A DNA stretch of 64,000 nt, taken from contig NMRA01000316.1 of the NCBI GenBank assembly GCA_002633005.1, positions 55,999 to 119,998 of the forward strand. The letters are read 5' to 3'. Position 1 is the first letter of the stretch, and each line of letters begins with the position of its first letter. This document shows, piece by piece, positions 39,488 to 51,825 of this stretch. The stretch is from Phoronis australis (Eukaryota; Animalia; Phoronida). A program made the translations under genes and the position numbers. The notes under the pieces were generated by a model. The model did no database searches and had not been told where the DNA came from. It saw only the letters and a list, made by a program, of their open reading frames with translations.

Positions 39488-41711
39488 CAGTTTCGACTTT
39501 TCTCGAAGAGTGTGAGGATTGACTGTTTCATGAAAATATGCTAAGACTAAAATTCTAGTGAAAGTCTGCCTACAGCCTAAAACGAATACCAAAACTCCCC
39601 AGCCTGCTCCTAACTGGATCTTAAAAACCCAACCCGCTCCCTCCCTCCCCCCGAAACAACGCAACACGACGCGTCATCTGTCGAATTCATTGTGATCGAT
39701 CCGGATGATCACATTCGGCAAACAGGACCTTAAGTAGTGATCTACGACATCAGTTCATTAGACAACAACAGAACCTGTTGTCTTTCTGGTGACTGCCGTA
39801 GGTACTTGTATCCTAGGTTCGGATATTATGGCACGGGACCGGGCAATCGGTGTACTGTATTCCTTTATTATATTGCCAAGTACAATTAATTCAAACAGTT
39901 ATGGGTACATGTCTAAGATTTGTAAGAAAGATAAGTGCCTGGCCCAGTTGGGCTTATTAGTCACTATTACTACAAAACTATGCCTTAGGACTTTGTGTTG
40001 CACGCTTAGCACGAGAACTGGAAAGTTATGAGCAGAGCCTCTACATGTATATGATGATACAGTACATGTTCATGTATATATGTACAGTGAATGTTGAGAC
40101 GTCTTTTCCCAACAGTAGAATTTTCGGGCAGAAAAGATTCATTTAAACGACGGGTCTGGATAGCGAATTTAATTTTTATCTTGGGCCTTGCTAATTTTGT
40201 TGTGGTACAAAATTATTATTTACCTTCCCCACATAGTTGCCTGAATTGTTTCGAATATTCTGAATAGCACTCGCAATATTTAGAATGGCCCCAGTTGAGT
40301 ACTTACATGAACCTCTGGCAGTGCTTGGTGTGCAACAGATAAACATATGGTAGGTTATTTATCTCCTTTTTGTACAAAAATGCCCCTATAGCGCATTCTG
40401 AATCACGTGGACATGCAAAATTGACATGACAAATTGCGTTTAAAATATACTGGTTAACTCAAACAATCTTCAAGCCTGCTTTACACCAAGTCGGCCATCA
40501 GCAAAGCGTTTGACGAACCACCTACATGTACATGTCTGATTATGAAACCGAATGGTGTTACTTGTTTAGATTAAATACATGTACATTTTGTATGATTTCT
40601 AGGCTAGCAGAGAAGGTACAATTCGTTTTTGATTGAGTCCAGTTTCGATAACGTGGTTCGTCGTGATGACTCTTTTGTGCATCGAGCGTTCGTTCAATGT
40701 CAAGGTTTTCCAAGCTCAGAAATCGCAATATTGAGCAAGAAATGTATCCGTCTGTTTTACTTGGCCTAAAATTGAAGAAGTCATTTTGTTCGGCGGTTAG
40801 GCGGACCTGCCTTTGGACTTATTTTGCACTCTTCATTCATGCCGCCCGGACGTTCGATGTTGTTATACGCGTTCGTGGTACGACCAATTGCAGGCAGCAG
40901 AAACCGTAAGTCTTGACCTTCTGGAAAAGGCGAGGACATGGTAACAATGAAATGAAGCTAATAGACGCATTTAAAAAGAAATGAAAAAGTCGGAGAAAAT
41001 TCCGTCAGAAAGCAATTTAGTTGGAAAACTTTATTACTCGTCGCCTTTGGTCTCGATTGATCACCATGGAGATACACGTAGGTCCATATTCATGTATCAG
41101 ATGCTAGGTTGTAATAATTATATAACGTGTCCTAATTATCGGTACAACTCTAAACCTTCGTTTACCCTTAAGGTGACATATCGTGAAAAAGACATCACCT
41201 GTATTATTATACAATATACAACATGTTTGCTGATAAAGCCCTCTGCTTTACAATTCCAGTAAGTGCGTATCCTCATATATTTTCATGTACATGTAAATGC
41301 GTGTGTCCCTTTTTCATGTTCCTCTGTAGTTGCCCGTTCCTACACTCATGTACATGTACACTTCAGGCTAGCAGCCAGCATTGTGTGTGTATGTTTGTGT
41401 GTGTGNCGGATTTCTAAAACGGTGGACCTATGATTGTATTTCGCAAACGCTGGCATTGTAAAATTTTCTGTAGACCCTTTTACAGCTGAACTCGGCGGAA
41501 GGGAAACCTGTATACACGACAATGACTCTCAGCTACGTTTTCTTGAGATGAGACGGAATTCGTTGACCTATCCCACAAACGAGGATGCCAAGACGGTTAC
41601 TCGTAAAATGAGTTTCAAATTCCGGTGTAAACACCAGTTCTCTTTCTGGATTTCTGAGCGTTACCCTCTGCCAAACGTTCGAACCATGCGTGCTTAAATG
41701 AGTGATTAAAC

Positions 41712-42298
41712 CAGTGGCGGATTTAAGGGGGGCAAGGGTGCCATGACACCTCCTAAAATTCTTTCAGATTCCATTTGGCAGTTTGGGGTGTGAATGTCTG
41801 ACGAGCAGAATCCTGGCTAATGCTCTAACCTGCCCCCCAACTCAAAATCCTGGATCCGCCCCTGTAAACTCCATGATCTTAGGGGAATATTAGTAGGAGA
41901 ATAACTTGACGAAATTTTTGTCAGGGTGTACACGTATAAGAAATTCTGCGCCGTGTTCCTTGGGTTACTCCTAGCGTTCCGACGTACGCGGTGGTCGGTG
42001 CAATAACATAAAGTGTTCTCTAATCGTCTGCACGATCCTGTCATCCACGCAAACACATGTGGCCACTTGGCAAAACTGCCGCGTAGGGCCCGAAGTTAAT
42101 ACGTACGGTGCTTTGAATAAGAAGCAAAATCGAAACTAGTGCCAGGGGCGGATCCAGGATTTTGAGTTGGAGGGGGGCAGGGCAGAGTATTAGCCAGTAC
42201 TTTGCCCGTCAGATTTTCGTACCCATGTACTGCCAAATGGAATATGGGAGAATCTTAGGGGGGCATGGCCCCCTTGCCCCTCATTAAATCCGCCACTG
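41712..42298. mobile_element. Two CAGTGGCGGAT-type MITE copies in inverted orientation (41712-41864, 42142-42298)
   Basis: CAGTGGCGGATTTAA...GGATCCGCCCCTG and CAGGGGCGGATCC...AAATCCGCCACTG. Confidence 0.7.
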
Positions 42299-43014
42299 AG
42301 CACCGATTTGATTATAATTGCAATTAGTAATACAATTTTGATTGTATTACTAATTGTTATTAAAATAACTGCAACAATCTTGTTGAACAACGGCAACAGT
42401 TATTAATGGTATTACTAATTACAATAATGACCAAGTTGGTATGTACATGTGGATATGCTCGGGTCGAACCCCCCTCTGGCTACAGGTCTGCACTTATGAT
42501 TATAGAGTTATTCTAATCATGTATTGTATACAGGTTTTGTTGTATTCAGTATCTGTTTCTTATTTAACTTCACTTTTCAATGTTTGTGTAACTACCACAG
42601 TTTGTAATACAGCCCATACACTGTAACAAACGAGTGTACTTTTGCGAAACACTCCCGTGTTCCTCGGTTTCAGTATACGTTACTTTTAGTATTGCTCATA
42701 ACTTTGCCACTATATTCGATACACGAATCCACGGCTTCGTCCACCATATTGGATATTTAATTTGGTCTAGCAAATCAATGCACGCGCGTTTACCGAGTTG
42801 GGAACCGTTAGTGAGGTCTCATTTATTCTAAAGACATCAACTGAATGAGAGAGCGCGTACTCTTTCATTGCGCCACCACACTCCCAACTAATACATAATT
42901 CTAAGAGACAGTTTACTACACCGTTTTCCCGCGAACCTGCTCCTTCCTGTAATGTTTATTGCACGTTTTATATTTTTTGCAACCACTTTGTAACAAAAAT
43001 TACTGTGTTTAAAA

Positions 43015-43137
43015 CAGGGAAAGTAAGTAGGTCATCACCATAGTTGTAGGGTCACTGAGCTCTGCTGCTGATTCTCTCAATGACATGCAGAGCTCAGTGA
43101 CCCTTCAACTTTTGTGATGACCTACTTACTTCTTCTG
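43015..43137. mobile_element. Fold-back MITE (Tc1/mariner-like) forming a long hairpin
   Basis: ~55-bp arms CAGGGAAAGTAAGTAGGTCATCAC...GGGTCACTGAGCTCTGC and their reverse complement; the right end is followed by TA. Confidence 0.75.
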
Positions 43138-43935
43138 TATCTCTCACTCTCATTTCACCACATGGATGTGACTTGAGTGGTAATGACATTTGTTGTCCTA
43201 CTGTACATATCCTGATCAGGTCTTATGAATAAGCGAAACGTTGAGTTAACGTGAACTTTTTATTTGTGCGGCGATTGTCCGTTTTCTAATCATACTTTGG
43301 CCAAAAAATTATGTAACTAGAGAATTATGGATTTCTGAGTGATTCACGGAGGCTTAGATTGAAATTTACATCTTACCAGCAGCTTTTGATTCTTTATCGT
43401 CATCCAGCTTACGTTTTTTTTTTTTGAAAAAAGTGGTAATTTTCTTCATTCTACTGTGGAGCACACCACGGAATTGGAGTGATAGTGCGCAACGCCACCG
43501 TCTGGGATTTCAAGCGCGTATCGACCGGGAGCGGCAGTACTTAGCCATAGTTGTTGGTTGTCTTAATCAGACGCTTGAAATCGGGTCCGAGATTCACAGG
43601 CGGATTTAGGGTCCCCCTTCTTGGCTGCCGCAAAAATAAAATAGCAAGAGCCTGAGGAAAATTTAGTTTAGTAATTAATCCCGGTAATTAACAAGGGACT
43701 GGAACAAGATTTAGCAATGTGTGCAGATTTAGCTTGTGTTTGCGTGTGCGTCCCATCGAGACCATCCTTTTTTTAGTTCGGCAAGAAATTAGGGCACCCC
43801 TGGAATTCCCCGGGACTTAGGCTTGGTGTGAGCATGCAACCGATAGCCCAAAACAACGTGGTGGACCCCCTCATGATATCTTAATTCCGCCACTGAGTTG
43901 GCAGGACCCATGACGATTGGAGATCTTTCAGTATT

Positions 43936-44599
43936 TGTTACTGGAGCTCAGTTGATTCAATTCGTGTTTGCTTACATTTGATAGCTGGAGTTTGTGCCGC
44001 TACATGTAGGCGATGTGTCTCTGTTAAACTGGTGTCTGGTTTGGACCTGTTCAGTGAGGTTCTCCATCTTTTGTTTTTGACTTTTGTGTTTCAAGTATGT
44101 AAAGTTTATGTTCCAAGTTTGAAGTTGGAGAAGTCCAATTATTCGGTGACTCACTTAAAAAGCCTTGTGAATTATTCCTAGTAATTTATGTTATGAGTTT
44201 CAGGCTTTTGAGAAGTTTTCGCGATGGTCCGATCTTGAAATTTACATAGGAGCGTGTCTGAAGCTCAAGTTAGTTATTTTGCCTTGTGAAACCCCTATTT
44301 TTTAGTCAAGTCAGATAATATTCTGTTTGTATGGGTTTTGTAACGTTTTAGTTTTGTTGTCAAGCAAGATATGCGGTGTAAATTGTTATTTTGAAGTTTT
44401 CTTAATTTGACCTTTGACCTTTGTGCAATACAGTACATTATGAATTGACCCCTTTTATATTGTTGTACATATATATTTACAGTTTTGTTTTATTCTTTAC
44501 AGTTGATCGCTTCGCTTTCTCTTCCATTTTTGTATGGTACAGTTATGAAGTTCTGCAATAAAAGTTTTAAAAGCGCATTGGGGAGTTTTGATCCGTACA
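43936..44599 (+). mobile_element. Solo LTR (BEL/Pao- or Gypsy-like)
   Basis: TGT...ACA termini, perfect 5-bp TSD GTATT (43931-43935, 44600-44604), AATAAA ~40 bp before the 3' end. Confidence 0.85.
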
Positions 44600-45403
44600 G
44601 TATTTACCAGGCACCTGGTACACATCGACGAACACGAACGCGTCGTTCAATAATACGTGTGCAACCCAATGACAGACTAGTGCGGGAAAACGTATCAAAC
44701 AAATACGGGAGAATTTACAATAATTCATTTTAGCTGCTCAGATCCGGCTCTCACACAGCTTTTTTGTGAAGAACATCAGACTTCAATAATGTACCATGAA
44801 CTGCCTTCACGATTGCAACCGTTTGTGGAGCAAATACGGGACAGTTTACAAACTTCAAAAAACTTTTGCTATGATCCGGCTTGCCCACATGAATATTTGA
44901 TGTTTGATACCCGAAAGGTGTCACATTTGACAATAGCGTAAAAAACATTGTGTCCGTTTTTTAACCAATGTACAGGATACATGCAGAAAATTGTGATTTA
45001 AGAGCGACAGCATACAATTCGAAAGGCTAAAAATTAAAAGTTTTAAAATAACGGTGAAGCCTCGGTGAGGTTCAGTAACGCCAGGACCTCGCTAGAAAAG
45101 AAAGACTTCACGAAATAACTCAAGTTATTGACATGTATTTTCAAATAGAGTACGTGGTTTGTACAATGTAACTCTACTAGACTGCCATAGTACAAGATTG
45201 AATTTTGACCTCCGTGGAAAAATGATATTTCAACTTTGAAAAATGACCTCAAGTGACGTTTGTTAATCTTAAAAATAAAGTTGAACCGGTCAGTTAAATA
45301 AGGACCCTCGTCGTATGAAAACGTGGCCCCATTTAAAATTTGACCCTAGCTTTGACGTTTGTTGTAGGATGCTTTACACATTAGTTTCACTCTCCCACTC
45401 AGC

Positions 45404-45868
45404 GGCGAACTATTGGCGAGTAACATACATTGTACATGTACATGTACATGTACATGTACATGTACATGTACATGTACAATGTATGTTACTCGCCAATAGT
45501 TCACCTACATGTACATGTACATGTACATTAGTTCCTAGGTCAGGGATTTTCACTTGGTATCGTTGTGCGTTTTACATGTATTTGCTGTTGGTGGTCTTAG
45601 AGAAGGCCATCCCCTGCCCTACCCTCAAATCCACCTACATGTACATGTACAATGTATGTTACTCGCCAATAGTTCACCTACATGTACATGTACATGTACA
45701 ATGTATGTTACTCGCCAATAGTTCACCTACATGTACATGTACATGTACATGTACATGTAGGTGGATTTGAGGGTAGGGCAGGGGATGGCCTTCTCTAAGA
45801 CCACCAACAGCAAATACATGTAAAACGCACAACGATACCAAGTGAAAATCCCTGACCTAGGAACTAAT
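45404..45868. repeat. Nested palindromes built on (TACATG)n microsatellites
   Basis: Perfect ~120-bp inverted arms at 45527-~45650 and ~45745-45868, plus a second palindrome at 45404-45505 centred on (TACATG)n. Confidence 0.9.
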
Positions 45869-48800
45869 CTGATGTCGGTTCCTACATGTATAGCCTTGAC
45901 TCACAGGGCAAATGGGTATTGCAACGACGAGTAGTAAAACACTGTTATTATACATGTACAAACAGACAGCGACCACCACAGGGACATGGTGCAGGATATA
46001 TCCAGCCGCTCCGTGCCAATAGTTTCCCCGCCCCGGGAGGTTATTTGTAGCTACATGTATAACTGTCCACATGTATTTCAAAAGCCTTTTGGTAGGCCCT
46101 ACTTAATGTTTTTCCATCCCGCCCCTTACTACGGGTGTTTTTGCCACGACCACCCCCTATTTCTGTGTGAAACTCCAAACTCAACCATTTGGATACATCT
46201 CTACAATTTATTCCCTGTTGCTGGGGGCGAAACAAATCATTTCCTCGTGCATGACTATAAATGAAAGAACAACAGTAGAAGCATTGATGAGAAATTGAAC
46301 TTTTGCTTTAGCCTAACGGGATTATTGCGGGGCTGCTTTTGAACATACATGTGGGTTGCAAGGAATCCGACATCCGGGGAAACTTGTCGTAAGGACAACA
46401 AGTGAGGAGTGATCCGGGGGGATTCGATCGAATTAAGAATTCCCTCCTCAGTGGCTACCAACAGAGTTTCACGGTTACTCAAATCTCGATGGCTGCATCG
46501 CCAGGATCCCCCCATGACGGACCTGCGGGTTATGTACAAATATGGCGGCATACGAAGAACGGGGGAGGAGGGTTAGGGGGCTCAGGCGGTGGCGATAGGA
46601 AGGTGGGGGGGTAGTTTAGCGAGGTCGAATTTGTTTGTGCCCCAACAATTTTTGCCTTACTACGGTCATGGGCTTTGTACTACAAAGAAAGGTAAATCAC
46701 GTCCGGCTTAACAAAAAACAATGTGAGGCTCACTGTCAGTTAAAAAAATCTGATGTTTTTACCAGTGATGTAGTTGCCGTGGACGCACTGAAGGAGGTAC
46801 AACTGTAGTTAATTTACAAAAAACTTACTGAAAATTATATCCAGGGATCTGTTAAATATTAAAAGTGCTACGTCTCTTCGTAGCCAAGACGGTCATATTA
46901 TAGATTTGGCAATGAGTTCATCAAAGTGGTTTATAAGATGGTCATTGACTCCGAATAATGGACACCTAGTATACATTTACATATGCATGTGGATTACAGT
47001 GATTTGTTGTTATTTACACCTGTTCTCATTTCCGCGTCACATCGACACATAACGTAATTTTGCCGCGAAAACAGTTGTGTAAATACAGACAAAAAAGCCG
47101 GTGAATCCCAACTGCAGTGCGCCTAAATTAAAAGTTCAGCGAAAAGGGCGCAGTGTATGCTAATCGTTGAGGAATAATTTGTGGTCAACGATTTTTGCGT
47201 GGGCGTTTTACTGATGCACACGGCAGTCTGGACGTAATTCAATATGTCAATGTTCAATGACCCTTGGCTGGTGACAATAGTCCGAAATAGAACACAAATA
47301 TTGGCTAATCAGAGGCCTAGAATGCCAAAAGAGGTATAAATAAAGGGTAAAATGTCCTTTTTCGTTTCATTTCCTATTATTGACGGACAAGGTGATTGTA
47401 GAACACTCATTGCCTACATGTATAGTTGAAACCTGTTTTTAATATTGTTGGATTGAATAACATTGGAAACAAGATTTTCGTGTTTTTAGTTTTGTTTACA
47501 ATTGCCATATTTTAAGTTGGAAACAAATTAGAAATTGTAAATTTCAGATTGGAATGTACTTGTACAGACAACCAGAGGAAAGTATCCAAGGAGTGGTCCA
47601 CATCTGTACAAGTCACCGAAAAACCGGAACCATTGTAGTGGTGGATTTAGAAGGTTATATTGTTTTCTATACATAATTGTTTAATCTAACTCATCACTTG
47701 CGTGTTCAAATTTTGTTGGAGTGCCGTTCTTAATTCTTTTTAAAAAATTTCTTCAGTATCGTCTTAAGACAAATATTTACAGATAATGTGGTTTGAATAG
47801 AATAACACACTGGACAATCTTTCTCACTCACGGCCTGCTTAATGACTTAATATTCTCATTAACACATTTTTTTTTAAGAATTGAAGTATTTTTCAGTTCT
47901 TACTAACTGAGTTGTTTTATTGTTAATTACATTTTTATAACTTAAAAAGGCACGAGTTATACTGTAGCAAGCACGTGTTACATACATGTAACCTCATGCA
48001 GGTGTATTACAATCGCCTTTACAACACATGTACAACTTGGAACTTGTGCATTCGATGACAAAAGATTGCTACAGATGAGAAAAGAACTAGAGCTCATGAG
48101 AAATGAAGTATATTGACATTCGTAAGCCTAAATATGTCAACATAAATTTCCCGTAATACCTTTGAAAATATAACACTATTCATAACTGCACACATTTTTT
48201 AATCTTAATGCTGACCTGGAAGTGCTAGTCTTCAAAGATGTAGAGGAAATAATTCAAAATTAATATGAGCATAAAGTCCAAAAGCTAACTCCTCAAAAAC
48301 TGTGAATTTAAAAATTGACTAAAAATAGAACAACTGTGATATTTTATTTAATGGAGTCATCACCACAGAAAAATGCGATATTGGATGTTTGCTGGGAGTC
48401 GGAGCGTTAAGCTGAACGAGTGTGGTTGAAGCAAATAATTGCACGGGATGGAGCGTTAGCAGTATGTCGAGCGAGATTGATGCAGATAACTGCACGAGCT
48501 ACAACGTTAGGAGAATGTTCTGGAAACCTCGAAGATCGTAACTGCGCTCTTATCATAGTGTGTGTTTGATGGGAGTATATCGCAAGGCTGACAAGTGTGG
48601 TTGAAGCAAGTAAGTGCACGTGCTGGAACGTTAGCAGTATGTACTGGACTCCCTTTTAGAGCATAACTGCACACAATTTTTGGTTAAAGCGAGTAACTGC
48701 GTAAGGCACGGGTGCGTCACCCCACGTCACAAAAGAGGAAAATTCTTCTCTGTTATGTGACTGTGAACCGGTCACCTTTGTTCTCTTCCGTGCACGCGCG

Positions 48801-49705
48801 CCCTATTTACCGCAAAACTATTGTATGATATTTTTAGATTAAGTCATGTGCGGGATTACTTATTTATGGAATCTAAGAGAATTTTAATAGGGGGGGGGGA
48901 GTGGCATAGACCCCTTGTCACCAACCCCTCCCCTCAATCCACTTTGGTTCTCTTCGGTGCAGGCGCACAATTAAACGCAAAACTGGAATTCTTTTATGTT
49001 AAAACGTACTGCGCGACTACCTATTTATGGAATCTGTGCAAATTTAGGAAGGGGGCATGGTCCCTTGCTAAGGCCTCTTCCTAAATCCGCCACTGCCACA
49101 CTTATATTCATGACAACACATAACCGTTCAGATACATGTACACGTGCAGAATGACATAATTCAAATTACTTTCTACAATGGCCCCGTACACTCCAGTGTG
49201 TAATAAGAAATTCAAGCTGGTCTATTGTTCAGGACCAGTAAACATTGTCTTTTCAAAGCTCGCTCGTCGTCAAACAGGCAAAAAAGACCAAAATCCGGTT
49301 CAGACACACACTAATGTTTTTTTCTTAAAAATGCAGGCCTTCGAAAAAGTATTTAAATGTGTGCAAAAATACTGTTCAGCTCAGACGTTTGTCCTGACGT
49401 CGAAAAAAGGTAAGCAATTTACTCAACAGTCGGACTACTACAGGGTAGATTTATGTCACAACTTATCTCCAGTTACGAATTATTCAGGCTTCCCGATTTT
49501 CCTTAATATATAATAATTTATTTTTTTAACAACTGTCAACCAAGGCCCGAGTCAGTAAATTTGGAACCTCTGGTGACCCTAAGACTACTAGCTCTAAATT
49601 ATTTCGGATTTGGCATTGTGTCGCTTCTGAGCTGCGACATCATATTTTCATGAAGAAAAATAGGCCACTTCATTCGGGGTATTCTTGGTGATATTTAAAC
49701 ATTAA

Positions 49706-51784
49706 AGGAGAATGCCACCCGGTTTAATTGGTCATTTTTACCGTTTTAATCAGTCTATATCCATATCGCCTCTTATACGGTAGACCTCACCTTGGCGAGA
49801 GGTGTCGCGTTAACGTGTGAAGAAGGTGAGAAACGACGCAACGACGTCAGTGGTTCGTCTGCAGAGTGAATGCCGCTACACTGTATATCGCGGTGCATCG
49901 TTCCCGCTTGTCCAAACTGTGAAGCTGCTTAGAAAGCAGGTATATTGTTTTTTTCGACTTCCTCGAGAGCCCGAAATCTTTAGGAAGTGGTTCAGGGTAG
50001 TGAAGAATGAAAGGTATGCTGTTAATAGCAAGTATGAGGCCGTGAAACATCTCCGTGTCTGTGGGCGGCATTTCGTCAGCAGTGATTTCTCTGACGAATT
50101 CCGGCTTAGCAAAGAACTACCCTTACGTTCCGTTGCCTGTGTACAAATGTATATTCATGGCGCTTCTCTAGTAATTCTTGATCAGTGTATTCCGGTTCGA
50201 CCTGATAGCCGGTAAAACCTAACGATCCGACCGGTGAAGTCTTCGTCGGATGAGCTCTCGACTACGTCAGGATTGGCGCCGGGCAAGTTGCCATGTAGAC
50301 GATTATTATTCTGCGTTCTGTTTCAAAATAAATTATTCTCAATCTAGCCAATGCTTATAGAAAACTAAAACAAAGTCTGCCTCATTAGGTAGAATTTGTA
50401 ATGCCTTTGGAATAGTCGTGAGTGCAAGGTTTTGAGAAGCCTGTAATAAGCTGCGTAACCGGTTTTAGATGCAATAAAAAGTTATTGACCAGGCACCGAG
50501 GCCGTGTGAGCGCATGCTAATTCAGTGTTTGCTGACAGAAAGGTGTTGTGAAACAGTAACACGATTTTATATGCTATGGTCACATGTTAGGGGAATCTTT
50601 ATTTTGATATACAAATACATTATTCATATCTTTCTTACTGTACAACCTTTGCCCTGACGGGTCTGTGGAAGGAAACCCTGATTTTCCGGCCCCCGACAAG
50701 TAAGTAGATTTTCAGTTTCATGTCTAATTCACATAAATAATTACTTGCACATTATTTTTTGGCTCACTATTATAGTCCTTTTGTGACAGCACGTTTAGTT
50801 TCCAGCTGAAGCTGTGTTATGGTCGGGCTGTCCAGTCCCCGCGGCCGCGACGGGCCTCAGGGTTCCGAGCCACTGGCGGGGAGTAACAAGCGTTCTGTGT
50901 GTTTAAAACTGAAAAAAACACATGTCTAAAAAGTACAACACTCAGCCATGTTCCCCCGTCTGTATTTCACGGAAGAATGATTCGAATTTATCACCCAACA
51001 GACCCAAACTCCCGCTATCGACCACCGTGAATTGGCCTACCGAACACTGTAGGCTACGGTACGTTCAAATACCTATCAATCCGTAACAGTAAAATAAAGT
51101 AACACGCACGTTAGTCAAGAACTCGATGCATTTGAAAGGGATTTACATCGAATTTTGGTTATTTATCGGTGTAAAACGGTGAATTCAAGTGATAAGTTGA
51201 CACCAGTAAGCGTGTTGTGAACACCTGAACAGGCTGCGTTCGAACCGATTACGTCATTGATTAATTTCAACACCACCGTTTGCCGTTAGGTGTCAGGTAA
51301 AACAAATAAACTTGCTGTTATCGATTGGAACTACATTACGGCGTTTTCGCGTTGCTCCCAACTTGTTCGATTCTATAGCCCAACAACAAGTTGGGAAGTT
51401 TACCCCTTAGCCAGTATCTTACACGACTGATTAACTCCAGTCTGGCATTCATGGTTGGAGGGCCAGTTCTCTTTTGGTCGATAATTCAGTGCTCTGATCT
51501 CCAATAAGATCATCTCTAGCCTCACTGAGCTTTGCTGTTAAAAATAAAAGTTAAGTTATAACATATTTGAACATAAACCAATAGCATCTCTGAAATCCTC
51601 GTCAAATGATGATCATGTTTAGTTTTTGAATCGCCAAAATCACCCAACTGCAACCGAAGTTATGATAAGCTAGATGTTATCACACGCTCAGAACCCCATT
51701 CGTCTGGTAAAGTCACTGAACGGGAAAACGCTGTCATGTCGATCTAAATTGATACAAAATAGGTTGTTTTTATGGCATTCTCCT
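49706..51784 (+). mobile_element. Second non-autonomous Kolobok copy, inverted relative to 32185-33844, with a nested ~400-bp insert
   Basis: TTAA|AGGAGAATGCCACCC ... GGCATTCTCCT|TCAA. THAP remnant FFRLPREPEIFRKWFRVV...LRVCGRHF. Colinear with the first copy apart from an IR-bounded insert at ~51335-51738. Confidence 0.88.
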
Positions 51785-51825
51785 TCAATGTCTTGCATCT
51801 GAGCGTTGAGAGACAACGAGACAAT

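Noticed and set aside
40740-41601. Possible two-exon gene (donor at ~40906, acceptor at ~41473)
   Set aside because: The splice signals are plausible, but there is no recognisable domain, consistent start or downstream exon.
44780-44950. CSTNGCN as a three-finger/Ly6 C-terminal motif on the minus strand
   Set aside because: There is an in-frame stop, no other cysteine pattern and no exon structure; likely chance.
45315-45770. 151-aa ORF with HV repeats
   Set aside because: It is the translation of the (TACATG)n microsatellite and palindrome.
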